Assembly (NCBI GenBank): GCA_011109175.1 | Contig: RDEW01000006.1 | Coordinates: forward strand, 67,612 to 131,611 | DNA from: Dicyema japonicum | Taxonomy: Eukaryota; Animalia; Dicyemida | Direction of reading: 5' to 3' | DNA: 64,000 nt | Shown: piece after piece, positions 37,418 to 49,450 of the stretch | Layout of the letters: the number at the start of each line of letters is the position of its first letter | Position numbering within the stretch: the first letter of the stretch is position 1 | Notes under the pieces: generated by a model | The model's database searches: none | What the model saw: only the letters and a program-made list of their open reading frames with translations | Told to the model about the DNA's origin: nothing | Made by a program: the position numbers and the translations under genes

Positions 37418-40400
37418 TTTATTTAATAACCCCGAAAAGGGAACATCAAAAAAGAAGGAGTAAACCAACTAATTAAGTGATCCAGGTACGCCTCAACAGG
37501 ATCGAGAGGTTTTTCCCGTGTTCCTCCTGAGTACCCACAGATTTCCTGAATAGACGACGATCATCTTTCATTAGAGTTTGAAGAGGGGTGGGTTTTCGCC
37601 CTTATTTCGTGTATTCGAGGCCTCTAGCCTTAAATAGAAGAAACGACATGTTTCTTGGCCATACAGACCGATGAAGCCAGAGCCATTATTTTTGATTGCG
37701 GTGTGGTCAAGCATTGGGGGAGAAGATCGGGGGTAGATTCGTTAGACGTGCTAGTTTGGCAATTAGGAAATTGATCTCGAGTGAATTTGATATCGAAGCT
37801 TTATAGCCCATGAGGCACAAGCATACTCAATCGTCGGTTTTAGGAGTTGATTGAACACGAGGCGCATTCCTGTGATGGCCTGGACTTCAAGAGCGGTTTT
37901 ATTATATTAAGTTTCCTGAGACTCTTTGTCATAACGTTCTTCACATGTTGAGCAAATGTCATCAAAGGGTCAAATGTCACTCCCAGGATAGTTGGACGAC
38001 TCTGTAGTGGTAAGGATCTCCATAAATGTTCAAAACCACTATATGTTTTTCTTTTCTGTCCCTGGTGAAGATAATATACGTTGATTTATCCCTAGATATG
38101 GAGAGACGATTCAACCTCAACCAGGCTCCCAGGTCGTCAATATGTGACTGAAGGTCTGATTTTAGTGTACCTACGTATTTGTTCCTGCTAGCGATGATTA
38201 GGTCGTCAGCATTAGTGAGAAGCATTGAATCTGGTACTATAAGGCAGGGTTAATCGTTGAGGAATAAGTTGAATAACGACAAAGAGATGGGCGATCCTTG
38301 AGGGACGCCATTTGGTAGGACGGGACCTCGATCTTGCGTGGCCTATACAGACACGTCCTCTTCTTCCGGAGAGAAAATTGGCTATCCATCTTTCAAAACC
38401 GGCTGAATGGAGGTGTCAAAAACCTTTTCGTGAGTAATGTTCTCGAGACAGAATTGAACACCTTCTGGAAATCCAGGTAAACCACTATTGTCCGTAGATG
38501 GCGTTTCGGTTCGTTGAATCTTTCTGATAAATATTGAGACAGTGAAATCAAATATGTCGTAGTTGAACGCTCACATTAGAAACTATGTTGAATGTGGCAG
38601 TCGGCAAATTGTGTTTAATTTTCCAGAGTACGAGTTCTTCCGTTAAGCGCGATAATGCGCATGTTAATGTAATTGGACGGTAGGAAAAAAATAAGGTTTT
38701 TGGTTTTCCTAGTTTTAGGAGGAATATTATAAGTGAGTTTTCCATTTGCATAGATGACGTTCATGTTAGAAGACAAATTAATATTTGACTGGAACATTAC
38801 CAAGGTGTTTCAGCAAAATTCCCGGAATGCCGTCAGGACCACATGTATAAGATCTCTTCATCAATCTTATAGCCTGTGTGACCTCGGCATGCGTAAATAA
38901 ATTGATCCACGAAGTTGGTTTAGGCATTAAATTCCGAAAGTGACAAGAATGGGATTTCGAGAAGTTCTTGTGACTTATGGATGCGTAATATTTTATTAGG
39001 TTGTTAGCTTGCACAGTATTTGGAGCAGAAAAAGATTCTGATTCATCTGATAAGTTTAGCTTGATTCGACGAATAGTTTTCCATAAAAGACTCGTGGATT
39101 TCATATGTCCAATAGATGATAATAGGCGGTTCCTATCTTTCTTTTCTCTGATGAGCTTTGTAATTCTCTGATTTAAGGATTTTATATTTTCCAAATCAGA
39201 AGAGGTTTGCAGATGATTCATCATCAGGGAGTTTCTTCGTTTGACGAGAGACGAGTCTCCGAGTAGGCTTGTAGGATTTGTAAACTGCACGTGGTACAAA
39301 CAACTTTTCAGCTTGAAGGATTACATGGTTTAGATGGTCCACTGCTTTGTCGATGGAGCAAATGAGGTGGGATCAAAGTGTATTAGGTTATTGTCAATGA
39401 AGAGCTTGAAATTCGACCAGTCAGCTTTCTTGGAGACCTTGAAGGTTGCTTTAATTCTACGTGAGTTATTGAATCGGCTCAGTTTTAATATAATCGGATT
39501 ATGATCACTATGAAAGTCGTAGGAGACGTTCCATGAAATCTTCGGGGCAATCCTAGAGGAAGCAATAGATATGTCGGGGGAGGTTGGGTTGTCATTTCTT
39601 CGGATAGGTGTCCTTGTGAAGATATTCGGGTGATTCAGAATCACCATTTTTTCGAGAGAGTCGATAATTAGATTGTAGAAAAAAAGTCAAGTGGAAAAAA
39701 GGTCAAGCGGGAAAAAAGTCAAGTTGTCTTTTTTTAGTTTATATCGCATTTTTGTGATACTACTAGCATCTTTTAATTTTTAATAATTTTTTCGATACTT
39801 GACTTTTTTTCCATTTTTGAAATTTTTTCCTTTATAAATTTTCGAAATTTAGCGCAAAACGGAAAAAAGTCAAGTCCGTTAACGAAATTACGGACTTACG
39901 CTTTCTGGATTTGATTGAAGATACATGGTGCCATAGAGAAATTTCCATCCATTTACCATGATTTGGAATTTGCCAATAACTTTAAATTAGTTTTGGTGCT
40001 GAATATTAATATTCTATCGGTTCTTCTATGATTATCATAAATTAAAAAATTTTCTGAATCTGGACCAAGAGTTAAAGTTAAAGACGATGGAATATCTCCG
40101 AGATCGAAAATATTTTTTGGAATAGGTATGGACAAGCGTTGATTCCTTAGTGTCCGCTTGAAAGAATCTGCAGAAGGGAGAATAATTCTGGTTGTTGTTT
40201 CACATTGAGACACAAAATTTGAATAGATTTGTAAGGGATTTTTTGACTCCTTTTAGCAATAAGTTTTGCTTCGTTGCACAATTCATTTTTATTTGACTTT
40301 CGTCAAATTCGTGATTGTGAGAGATTCCTTCTTTAGGAAACTCAAAGTTATGATCTGTTCTTAAGCTTCCTCTGCATCTTTGTCAAGATTTTTTAACAAA

Positions 40401-41245
40401 ATTAAAAATTATATTAATTTTTGTTTTCGAGTGCCTTGTTTGCATATAAACTTTGAAACAAATTTTTTTTCCTCCTCTGTTAGATGATATTATCTCCATT
40501 TTGTCACTTATTTTTGCGGCAAGCATAATATTTAAAATACGCCTAATTATAACCTTAATATCCGTATATTGATTAAGTCAAAAAGATTAAACCAAAGCGA
40601 AAAAAGTCAAGTCAATTTTATTATTACTTTGAAATTCTTAAATTTATTTAGTCAAAGCGATTATACCAAAGCGGAAAAAAAGTCAAGTCCGTGATTTCGT
40701 TAGCGGACTTGACTTTTTTCCGTTTTGCGCTAAATTTCGAAAATTTATAAGGGAAAATTTTAAGATAATTGGAAAAAAGTCAAATGGAAAAAAAGTCAAG
40801 TGTTGAAAAAAATGTTAAAAATTAAAAGATGCTATTAATGCTATAAAATACGATATAAACTAAAAAAAGACGACTTGACTTTTTTCCGCTTGACTTTTCC
40901 CCCTTACGGACTTGACTTTTTTTCCGATTGACCTTTTTTCCGCTTGACTTTCTTTCCGCACTCCGATAATTAGACTCCCCCTCTTGTCTGCCGACTGGGT
41001 ACTAAGCCATTGCGGATGTTTGGCGTTGAAATCCCCACATAGTAACACATTTCGAATTTCTTGTAGTTTGTCGAGCTTCGGAACATAGTTATTAGGACAG
41101 ATCTCGGCGGTGGAATGTAAATGTTGATTAGAATAAGATGTTCTGACCCATTAATAAGATCAATAGAAATTAGCGGTCTTGTCGTGTAGAATTAAATCAT
41201 CCACTTGCGAATGTGAAATTAAGGAGTGTGACTTAACATACACTC
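37418..41245 (-). mobile_element. Near-complete decayed APE-RT LINE, interrupted by a MULE
   Basis: APE (LLCGDFNAKH, SPDISIAS, FHSDHNPI), RT (CGPDGIPGILLKHL, SYRPITL, GVPQGS, NADDLII), and a GGATCACTTAATTAGTTG tail at about 37465-37487. Confidence 0.9.
39671..40963 (-). mobile_element. MULE/Mutator deletion derivative with long TIRs and 9-bp TSD
   Basis: TSD CGATAATTA at 39662-39670 and 40964-40972; TIRs of about 230-280 bp built of AAAAAAGTCAAG units; internal transposase remnant (FLYWCH-like start at 40499; RILIFSTKTNLKLL..SKSW*MDGNF). Confidence 0.92.
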
Positions 41246-41470
41246 TATTGTTGCTAACAGATTAAAGTGGATACAATAGTTGCCACAGATATGAAGGTAC
41301 AAAATAACAACCAGATTTTTTCGTGTTCGACATAATGAAATTGGGAGGAAGTAGCAATCTCCTCGCAACAGGAATTAAAGGAAGCCCAAGTAGAGATGCT
41401 ACATAGTATTGTGGAAAAGTTATATAAATATAGTTTTCTTGACAACATCCTTAGATCACTACTCGGATGA
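41225..41470 (+). mobile_element. R4/Dong-like endonuclease fragment
   Basis: IKVDTIVATDMKVQNNNQIF.. homologous to about 15900-16080 (-). Confidence 0.6.
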
Positions 41471-41589
41471 TGGTTCTAGTGGAACCAGTCAGGAGTAACC
41501 AATTAGTCAGTTTAATTTTACCCTTGTTTTAATAATTTAATTATTATTAATATAATTAATTATCGGATCACTCAATATTTATTAACTTT

Positions 41590-42600
41590 ACTCCCGATTA
41601 ATATAATTCTTTTATAAAAACAACAACATTGTAATTTGTTCCAAAAATGTCAGCATAGTGATGGATCTCTTTCATATCGGATAGTAAGCATACACTCTCA
41701 ATATTCCTAATAATGCTATGAGAAATATATATGTCGTAAATACGTGTCCTATTATAAAAATAAGTTCTAGCGAAATGACAAAGACAGATGGACAATTCCC
41801 ACATACCCCAAACCAGATTGGTTCATCTGTGTTCACATTTTATAAATTAATCGAAGTAATAGATCTTAATATATAAAGTATAACCTCTTATTGAAATCAT
41901 AGTTCGCTTTATGACAATTATTTTTTATAAACTGAACAATTTTATATAGAATGGGTTCACGTGGATTCAAATCGCTAAAATTAGAATTTATAAATATGGG
42001 GGAATCATCATTTGGATCACTTAATATCTGACAGGCACAACTCAAAATAGAATACTTTACAGCAATAGTACAGTTAGCGCAATTCATGTCCCTTTTCAAT
42101 AAAACAACAATTTTACAATATTAAATTAGACCATACGCCCGTATTAAATATCTGGTGTTTGAGCATTTAGCAATATTTTCTACAATTTTAATAACGGGAA
42201 CTAATATATATCTGAAATCAAGTCTAGATATATAATATCTTTTGAAAAAATAATAAATATATAATTCCATTATAATCGAGAAACAAATTAATATTCTTTT
42301 CATTTTCGTCTAACAAAATATATTTCAAATACCTAGAAGAAAGAACAATCAAATTTGTTAGCATTATGGAAGTCTTCATAAAATATTCAACACTAAAATT
42401 ACATTGTCTAATGAACTTTGACAAGTCCTTCACAATTCAGTACTCATATTTTTTATGGTAAATTCAAGATAAGTTGAAACATATCGAAACGAGTGATGAG
42501 GTTTTACTAACATAAGTGAAAGTGCGGGAATCTAAAATAAGAATTAACAAACAAAAATAGATATCTCCCACTGTTTAAAATCGCGCAAAAACTCAATTAA
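41590..42600 (-). pseudogene. Unidentified coding-like region, frameshifted
   Basis: Four consecutive same-strand overlapping ORFs; no family recognised. Confidence 0.3.
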
Positions 42601-42716
42601 ATCTAAAAATTCAAAAAATTGTTTTAATAATTTATCTCGAATTTTGGAATTCATAAAAGAATTCTGTTTAATGGTGTCTGTCAATAGTTCATCCTTATTA
42701 CCGTGGTTGTAAATTA

Positions 42717-43040
42717 GCCGCGTAGCGCCACGTGGTGCTGCCTGGTTAATTGATTGAAGTTTTCTGCTTGCTTGTCTGTTCCTCTTCTCTCTTCCTAATA
42801 GAGTGGCGTCATGTGATCCACCTGTCTAGGTGACGCCCAGTGCCAGGCCGGCACGAAAAAGGATCATTTGCTCTCCCCGATCCACTGGAGGGGTTTCCAC
42901 AACTGCAAGTATGGACGTCTTACCTTTTATGCTGATTCCGGATGGACTCTGTTTCTGTAAAAGTGGAAACTGGATACACTTAATTAGTTGTTTACTTTAA
43001 CGTTTTTCTCGGTGTATCCGGGGTTAATAATTAATTAAAT
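42717..43040 (+). mobile_element. Bipartite non-autonomous retroelement, most complete copy
   Basis: Head GCCGCGTAGCGCCACGTGGTG, pyrimidine tract, pseudoknot at 42805-42865, remnant leader (YGRLTFY), and LINE-type tail. Confidence 0.8.
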
Positions 43041-43076
43041 TAATACCGAAATGAAAAAACAGACATAACATAATTA

Positions 43077-43892
43077 TCGTTTTTGCCAGTGTATAAGTCA
43101 ACCCCTAAAATTCGACGGAAATTTACAATTTTATGATATATCCGATTTATGATATAGAAAGTGATTTATTATTAGTTAAGAAACAATAAATTAGAATTAT
43201 AAAGTACTTACATTAAGTTCAAAATCCGTCTTCATTGTCACTATTTCCAAAAAGCTCGTTCTATTCATTTTCGTTTAGTCTGTCGTCATAAAGGGCCATC
43301 TTCTTGGTCTTATTTAGCCTCAGTTTCCTCTTCGTCTTCCCAGATAAGGTCGTCTTTTGTCCCATCGAGAACGTTGGAAATGCAGCATTTCTTAAAGGAG
43401 CGTTCCACGGTAGACAGCACACATAATCCCACACGGTTTAATTCATCCTGTTATTATTTCTAACGAGGGTGCTTTCATTAACTCCTCCTTTAGTAAACTG
43501 CTTCTCGCCTTCTATCATCCAATTACTCCAGTTTCCTCTCAATCTGTCTTTGATCGGTTTGTGCAAAGCAACATCGAGTGGCTGCACAACACTTGTTAGT
43601 CCACCAGGAATAGCGGCGACATCAGTGTGTTGCATTTAAGTTTTCTTTTGACGGAGTCCACTAGATGGGCTTTGAAAGAATCCCATACGAGAAGACTTTT
43701 CTTCCTTAACATTCCTCCAGGTCGAGAGTAAGGCAACCACATTATTCTACTCTAACTGGCTAATAACTTTTTGTGAAGAGTGTAGTAATTACCATCACAT
43801 TTGAAGCGATGAATACGAAGCTGAATTTCATGATGTATAAGTCGAGGTCGATTTTTTAGGTCGATTTTTGACTTATACACCGGCAAATACGG
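43077..43892 (-). mobile_element. pogo-family (POGK-like) DNA transposon deletion derivative
   Basis: TIRs YCGTWTTTGCCRGTGTATAAGTCA flanked by TA; DDE_1 remnant LLVWDSFKAH...IPGGLTSVVQPLDVALHKPIKD. Confidence 0.9.
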
Positions 43893-44049
43893 TATTTAAA
43901 ATTGATTGCGGATCGTTCTACATCCTTTATAAAATATACAGAATCGGTTATATTTTTACTGAAAATTACATGATGGTGAAATTTTTTTAATCCTTTTTTT
44001 CTGGCTCGGCTATAATTATTAAAATTAATAACTTTATTATATTTTGTCT

Positions 44050-44668
44050 TTTAATAAAAAATCCAGATAAATTCACGTAAGATTATTGGCTTTTTCGAAA
44101 AGAGAAGTGAAATTACAATCATATAATCCTCCATCTCCTGTATGTATGAAATGCCTAAATTTGATGTAAATCAACCTCAGAGACTCTGGACTGTTTAGGT
44201 TTGTAATAAATTCTTCAAAATCTTAAATTATAACGTTGTGAAAATTTATGCGTTCCAGTTTTTTCTATTATTTTTAGTGTGCTGTTATAAATAGCCGTGG
44301 TGCTTTTGAGTCTAATGAGGCTGAGAACCTCAATTTACTAAATCCAGTCATGAATAGCCGATGTAGCAAACTTGGGTCATCATAAAACAAGAGTGAGATG
44401 ATTTAACGTTATTCGGTAAAAATGGCAATAAAGGATTCTTTTCTAATGAAACAATCCTTTTTATTGTAATATTTGATAAATTCGGATAAACCTGAATCAT
44501 ATTAACAACATTCTTTACGTCAACATCTTCTCGAGTCAATTCAAGGTAAAAAACGTCCTTGTGTACTACATCCGAAATCCTATATAAACTTGAATCTTGA
44601 AAAGATAGATTTTTCTGATAACGTGAATTCAAATATTTCAGTTCATTAAAGATTCTTTTTGAAAACAT
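44050..44668 (-). pseudogene. Unidentified intronless-looking coding region (possibly LRR-like), disrupted
   Basis: 106-aa ATG-initiated ORF continuing out of frame; weak YPNLSNITI pattern only. Confidence 0.25.
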
Positions 44669-46051
44669 TTTTTAGACTTGTCGTTTAATTTTATATATTT
44701 TTGTTCATTAAAGTTTGTTCGAATATTATTAATGCATAACGCATATAACGAAGGTGTTTCCATTTTATAACTTTAATATATTTTGATGATTTTAAAATAA
44801 ATTTTATTTATTTTTTATTATATTTTTTATGAAATAAATAATTTTTTGAACTCAGGAATTTTCCATTAATTATTTAGAACCCCTGGATCACCAAAAACTC
44901 AGGAATGTTCCAATAACCCTCTATGACTGGCAAGCCAACCATCTGATACAAGAGGCATAATATCGCAGAATGGTCCTTTTACGGACATGAATGAACCTTC
45001 AAAACATACGAGAATTCCTTTGAGGGAGTCAGATGAATTGACTTTTCCAGACCTCACGCTTTGTTGTCCCGTTCTGGAAACAATATCGACCTGATCATTC
45101 ACTTACAACTCAAAAGTGACTAAAATGCCATTTTTAAGATAAAGAGAGAAACCTTAACTTAGAGGAAGTTCCAGAGCAATTGAACTACAAACGTGCAGAT
45201 TGGAAACTTTTCCGTGCACTTACTGACAGCATAATACAATACCTTTATTTGGATGGCAGTACCTCCATGGATAAAGTCAATTTCGAACTCTTAGTATAAA
45301 ACGATCCTTATCACCGATGAGAAGATCGTCCAGCAGAGAGTAAGTGTACATTCAGCTTATTTAAAGTAAGTCACCACCTCGATATTCTGACCGATTGACC
45401 ATTTGGCTTAGTTTACTCCACACTTCCAAATAATCTAGATTGAACCATCAATGTTTACAAATGCTGTATTTTATCGGAAATTAAATATTCGTGATTAAAT
45501 TTTTAGAAGTCGGTATTAGTGGTGTATCTCAGTGAACTCTATCAGTGGTTATAGTAATTTTTGCAGGAAAGTCTTCAATTCATAAAAATCAACAGTTTTT
45601 GATTAACAGACTATAACATAGATTTTGGTTTTACAATACTGGAATTCCGGTATTTGAAACATTTATATTTCATCAGATTGTGAAAAAAGCAGTTATTAAA
45701 TACTCGATGTTGAAATTATAGTCATCTGTGAAATAATACTCAACCACGAAGATTTGTCATAATTTGTTTATTTGCGATTGACTGAAAGATTTATTTTCTT
45801 TCCTGTAAAAGAAACGCCGTGAGGTTCCCCAGACATATGGGCCTTAAATGAGATTGTCAAACGGGTCTGGAACCACCGGGGAACCCATCTCTGATTGAGG
45901 CTCCTGGGATTGATTTTGGAAAGAGTATAGATCCGATGGAAAGGATCTGTTTGATAAACATCAAAGTAAATTTGTGCAATAACTTGTAAAATCTATTAAG
46001 AATGGATTAAAATTAAATTATTTAAATGTTAGGAGCCTAACAAATTAAGAG

Positions 46052-48480
46052 TTAGTGAGTAATTATTATTACGTTCTCCCTAAAATAAGTAGATTATAAA
46101 CTTGTTTGGAAACTGCCGAATAATTTTGATAAATTCATTGAATGGATTTTTTCTAAATTTGAATCTCTTAAAATACCTTTTGTAGTAAAACACCCCAAGG
46201 ATCACTCCAATCACCATTACGATTCCAAAGAAAAGTCCCACTCCGAGGGCGACCGATTTGGAATTCTTAGCTAAAAATAACAACGAATTGGAGACAAGAT
46301 GCCACATTGGTGCTATTTATGGTTTCTAGACTTTAGTTTATAAAATACGAGTCGATGTAGCAGGGGGGTTCGTTTGTACAGGGGTTGTGGACGTAGTAGT
46401 CGTGGTGGTGGTTGTGGTCGTACTCTTGGTATTGGAGGAAGTCTGAGTTGGATAATCTAAATATTATTGAACGGTGAACTTTCTCCAACACAAACGGGGA
46501 CATATTTGTTCTTGCATGAGTTGGTGATCCATGTCCCATTTGCGGTGACACTAACGCAAGAGATCTCAAAATCGTTTGATTTAGGCTCCCCAGGTGCCCA
46601 ATTTGGGGTTTTCTAACCATAAGGGAGCTTAACAAACCTCCGGTGAAGATCCAACCCATGTGACCTCTGTATCGTTCCATAATATCCTGTAATCCATGTA
46701 GAAGTTGATATTTTGAATATCTAAGATAAGGAACAGGTAGAACTGTCGTTAATCTGCTGGATAATGGATCCATCAGTCGTTTGGACGAGATACTGTCCAT
46801 AGTAGAAGCACAGTCTTGTCGACTCATGGAAGGTCATTGGATATCCGAATATAGTGTAGGTCAATGAGTTTATCTGTATCGAATATCCCTCATCCGGTGT
46901 TTCTATTGAATGTTATATTCACCAGTAAACGGTAATAGTCTTTTGTGCAATTGATATTCGCTTGTCTCTGTTCGTTCGCTTTCCTCTTGCAGATGAAAGT
47001 TTCGTAAGTGCACTTGTCGTTCCTCCACTTGCCAGAGTCGTAGGCGCAGTACACACAAGGTTTGGAGTCCAGCTTGTTGGGGTAGCCTTTCTCCCAGTTG
47101 GTATAGTTCTGGGATAATTAAATTTCCCACATTTTCGAAATTGTCTCCTCTCACAAGCAAGTGCTTTACGTGTATCTGACCAAAGTTAAGACCAATAGAG
47201 TAAGACGAGCTCTCTGAAATCATAAATCGAGTCACCCATGATGGCACAGTTTTCATCCTGGTTTATGGGGACGTAAAGAAACTCATCACGTTCCTCACAG
47301 AGGAATTGGGCTTCTTTTCTTACAAGGGGAATATCAAAGACGTAAAATGTGTAATTCTGGTAGTAAAATACCTGGGAATAATAATCTTAAATCTCATGGT
47401 TAAAATTACACTTTCGGTGTTCGTCATTACAGTTTGCAGGGGTTGCACCGTTGACGACGGAATCTATAACGTTGATATTTATTACCCTACCTGTCTCACA
47501 GATAACTTCGTTGCTCTCCGTGCAACTTATTGAATAGAAACTTCCGCTGGAATCTCGTCTTACACAGTTTTTATTTATCTGGGGATTTTTTGCTCCCCAT
47601 GGAAGGTATTCCTTAATCATAAATGGAAATAATACCGCTGAATACCCCTTATCCGTATAAAAATCCCCATCCTGTGAAGTAATCCCTACGTAACTGTATC
47701 CAGTCGAGTACCCTAAAATAAATTTTCCTTAAGACCGTGGATAGCACAGTTCTCAAGTCCACCGTTTGGAATGAACGGATAGGCATTGTTGTCTTTCTTG
47801 CAAATCTTCATAGCCGTTTGATAGTCACGTGGGACGTTGTAAACATAATACGAGTGTCCACGATAAGAGAGCAGATAGTTGTAGTTTACTACTCTTATTA
47901 GCAAATCTTACTGTTGAGGACCTTATCGTTAGTAATGTTTACTGCATTGGGAATAATTAAATCTACGATGATATCCTTGCATTACCCTTCTCGCATATTA
48001 TATACGCTTTTCCATGGCGGGGTGTATGAATCCAGTATCCGTTTACAGTCATACTGACTCTTTTAAAAGATGGGTCGTATGAGGATGATCCCCAATTAGA
48101 GTAGGTCTGAATTAAAGATATCACAATACTATTTTCTTGTGCGTGTGTAGGTAGTAAAATTTACCGTTACTCGACCTGTAAACTCCAATGGCTCGATCTT
48201 TCCTCAATATACCTAATTTGAGAACAATAGGATTACTGGAGAGTGCAGTATTCTCAGCTTCATCTTCTATGATCACAATATACATATCACTCCACCTGCA
48301 GTACCAATCAATCGAACGAACATTTAAAAAGATGTCATATAATTATAGGAATGTCCGTTGTAGTTATAAAAGTTATCAGATAATATTCCTGTAAGTTATA
48401 TTGACCACTTACTGCTAGAGAATACAAATAGGACTATAAAGTAAAACCAATGACTAACTAATCATATTCGGGAAGCCCAT
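46052..48480 (-). CDS. Type I membrane receptor with four C-type-lectin-like domains, Thr-rich stalk, TM and short tail; 19 mini-introns; two 5' frameshifts
   Basis: Manual splicing of 22-28-nt introns gives one open frame from about 48320 to the TAA at 46052: YRGHSYY..C..., NYTNWEKGYPN..PCV..GKWRNDKC..FIC, NWAPGEPK..SCV..W....C....VC, poly-Thr, VALGVGLFFGIVMVIGVILGVFYYKR, KNPFNEF. Confidence 0.85.
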
Positions 48481-49017
48481 TAACAGCTAATAGAATATTC
48501 TCGTTATATACCTGCTTTTATTGCAACCCTTAATTTTATTTCTTTGTTTTATTTTGTGGTTTTTTAATTTTATAAAATATTAGCCATTTTTGCTGGACTT
48601 GCAGTCTCGACATAGTAATCAAAAAATGCTAGAATTTTCTTAACTTGAATTGAAATTGTAATTAAATTGAATGAAATTTTTAAAATAAGTCTAAGTGTAT
48701 TTGGCGAATTCACCCAAAAAGTCTGTTAAAGTAACCCTTGACTCCCCCTGTGAGTAATCAAAAGGTCGATGCAAATCTTAATGAACTCATTGCTACCCCC
48801 AACCATTTGGGGGTTCACTAAACCAACAAATGACATTCTTCAACTTATGAATTGGAGAACTCAAAAACTGAATTTTCGACGACAAAGTACTTTAGGTGTA
48901 AATAGTTGAAAATCAAGTGGATAATGGTTCGAATGAAAATCGTGACTAATGGGTGACTCGTTTAAATTTTTCTAAACCACAATTGTTAGTATTGTGATTC
49001 AAACTCTGATCATAGTG

Positions 49018-49450
49018 CAGGGATCGGCAATCTTCTAAGCCAAAGAGCCAATTTTTGGGTTTGTGGCAATTAAAAACATTGAAGATCAACTTTTTAAAAT
49101 AATAAAACATAACAAAATTATATTTAAAATAATTAATGAAATAATTGTCCCTTCATTTATTCCGCCAATAGTGTTATTTTTGAGTCATCACTTGGACAAA
49201 TTTGCATCAGTAACTCCTTAATTTTGATTTGATCAAATTCATATGCGAAATACTTGCTCTCAAAAATAAGTAGACCCGAATATTGTGAGGACACCAAATT
49301 CCAACTTTTTCAATTCATGATATGAATCCGGAATACTAAGTCAAGTCCTAAAAATAATGGTTTCTGGTTTATCAAGCATTTTTTGCAATATAAATGTTTT
49401 CAAATTCAGAGAATATTTGTCTTTACTCATTTTAGAGATATGAGAATTTA
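49018..49450 (-). mobile_element. hAT (SPIN/GTF2IRD2-like) transposon 3' end
   Basis: TIR-like CAGGGATCGGCAA at 49018; dimerisation-domain remnant IFGSTYF.EQVF..MNLIKSKLRS. Confidence 0.7.

Noticed and set aside
39671-40963. CRISPR-like or telomeric array of AAAAAAGTCAAG
   Set aside because: The units are subterminal repeats within MULE TIRs, with no spacers and no cas genes.
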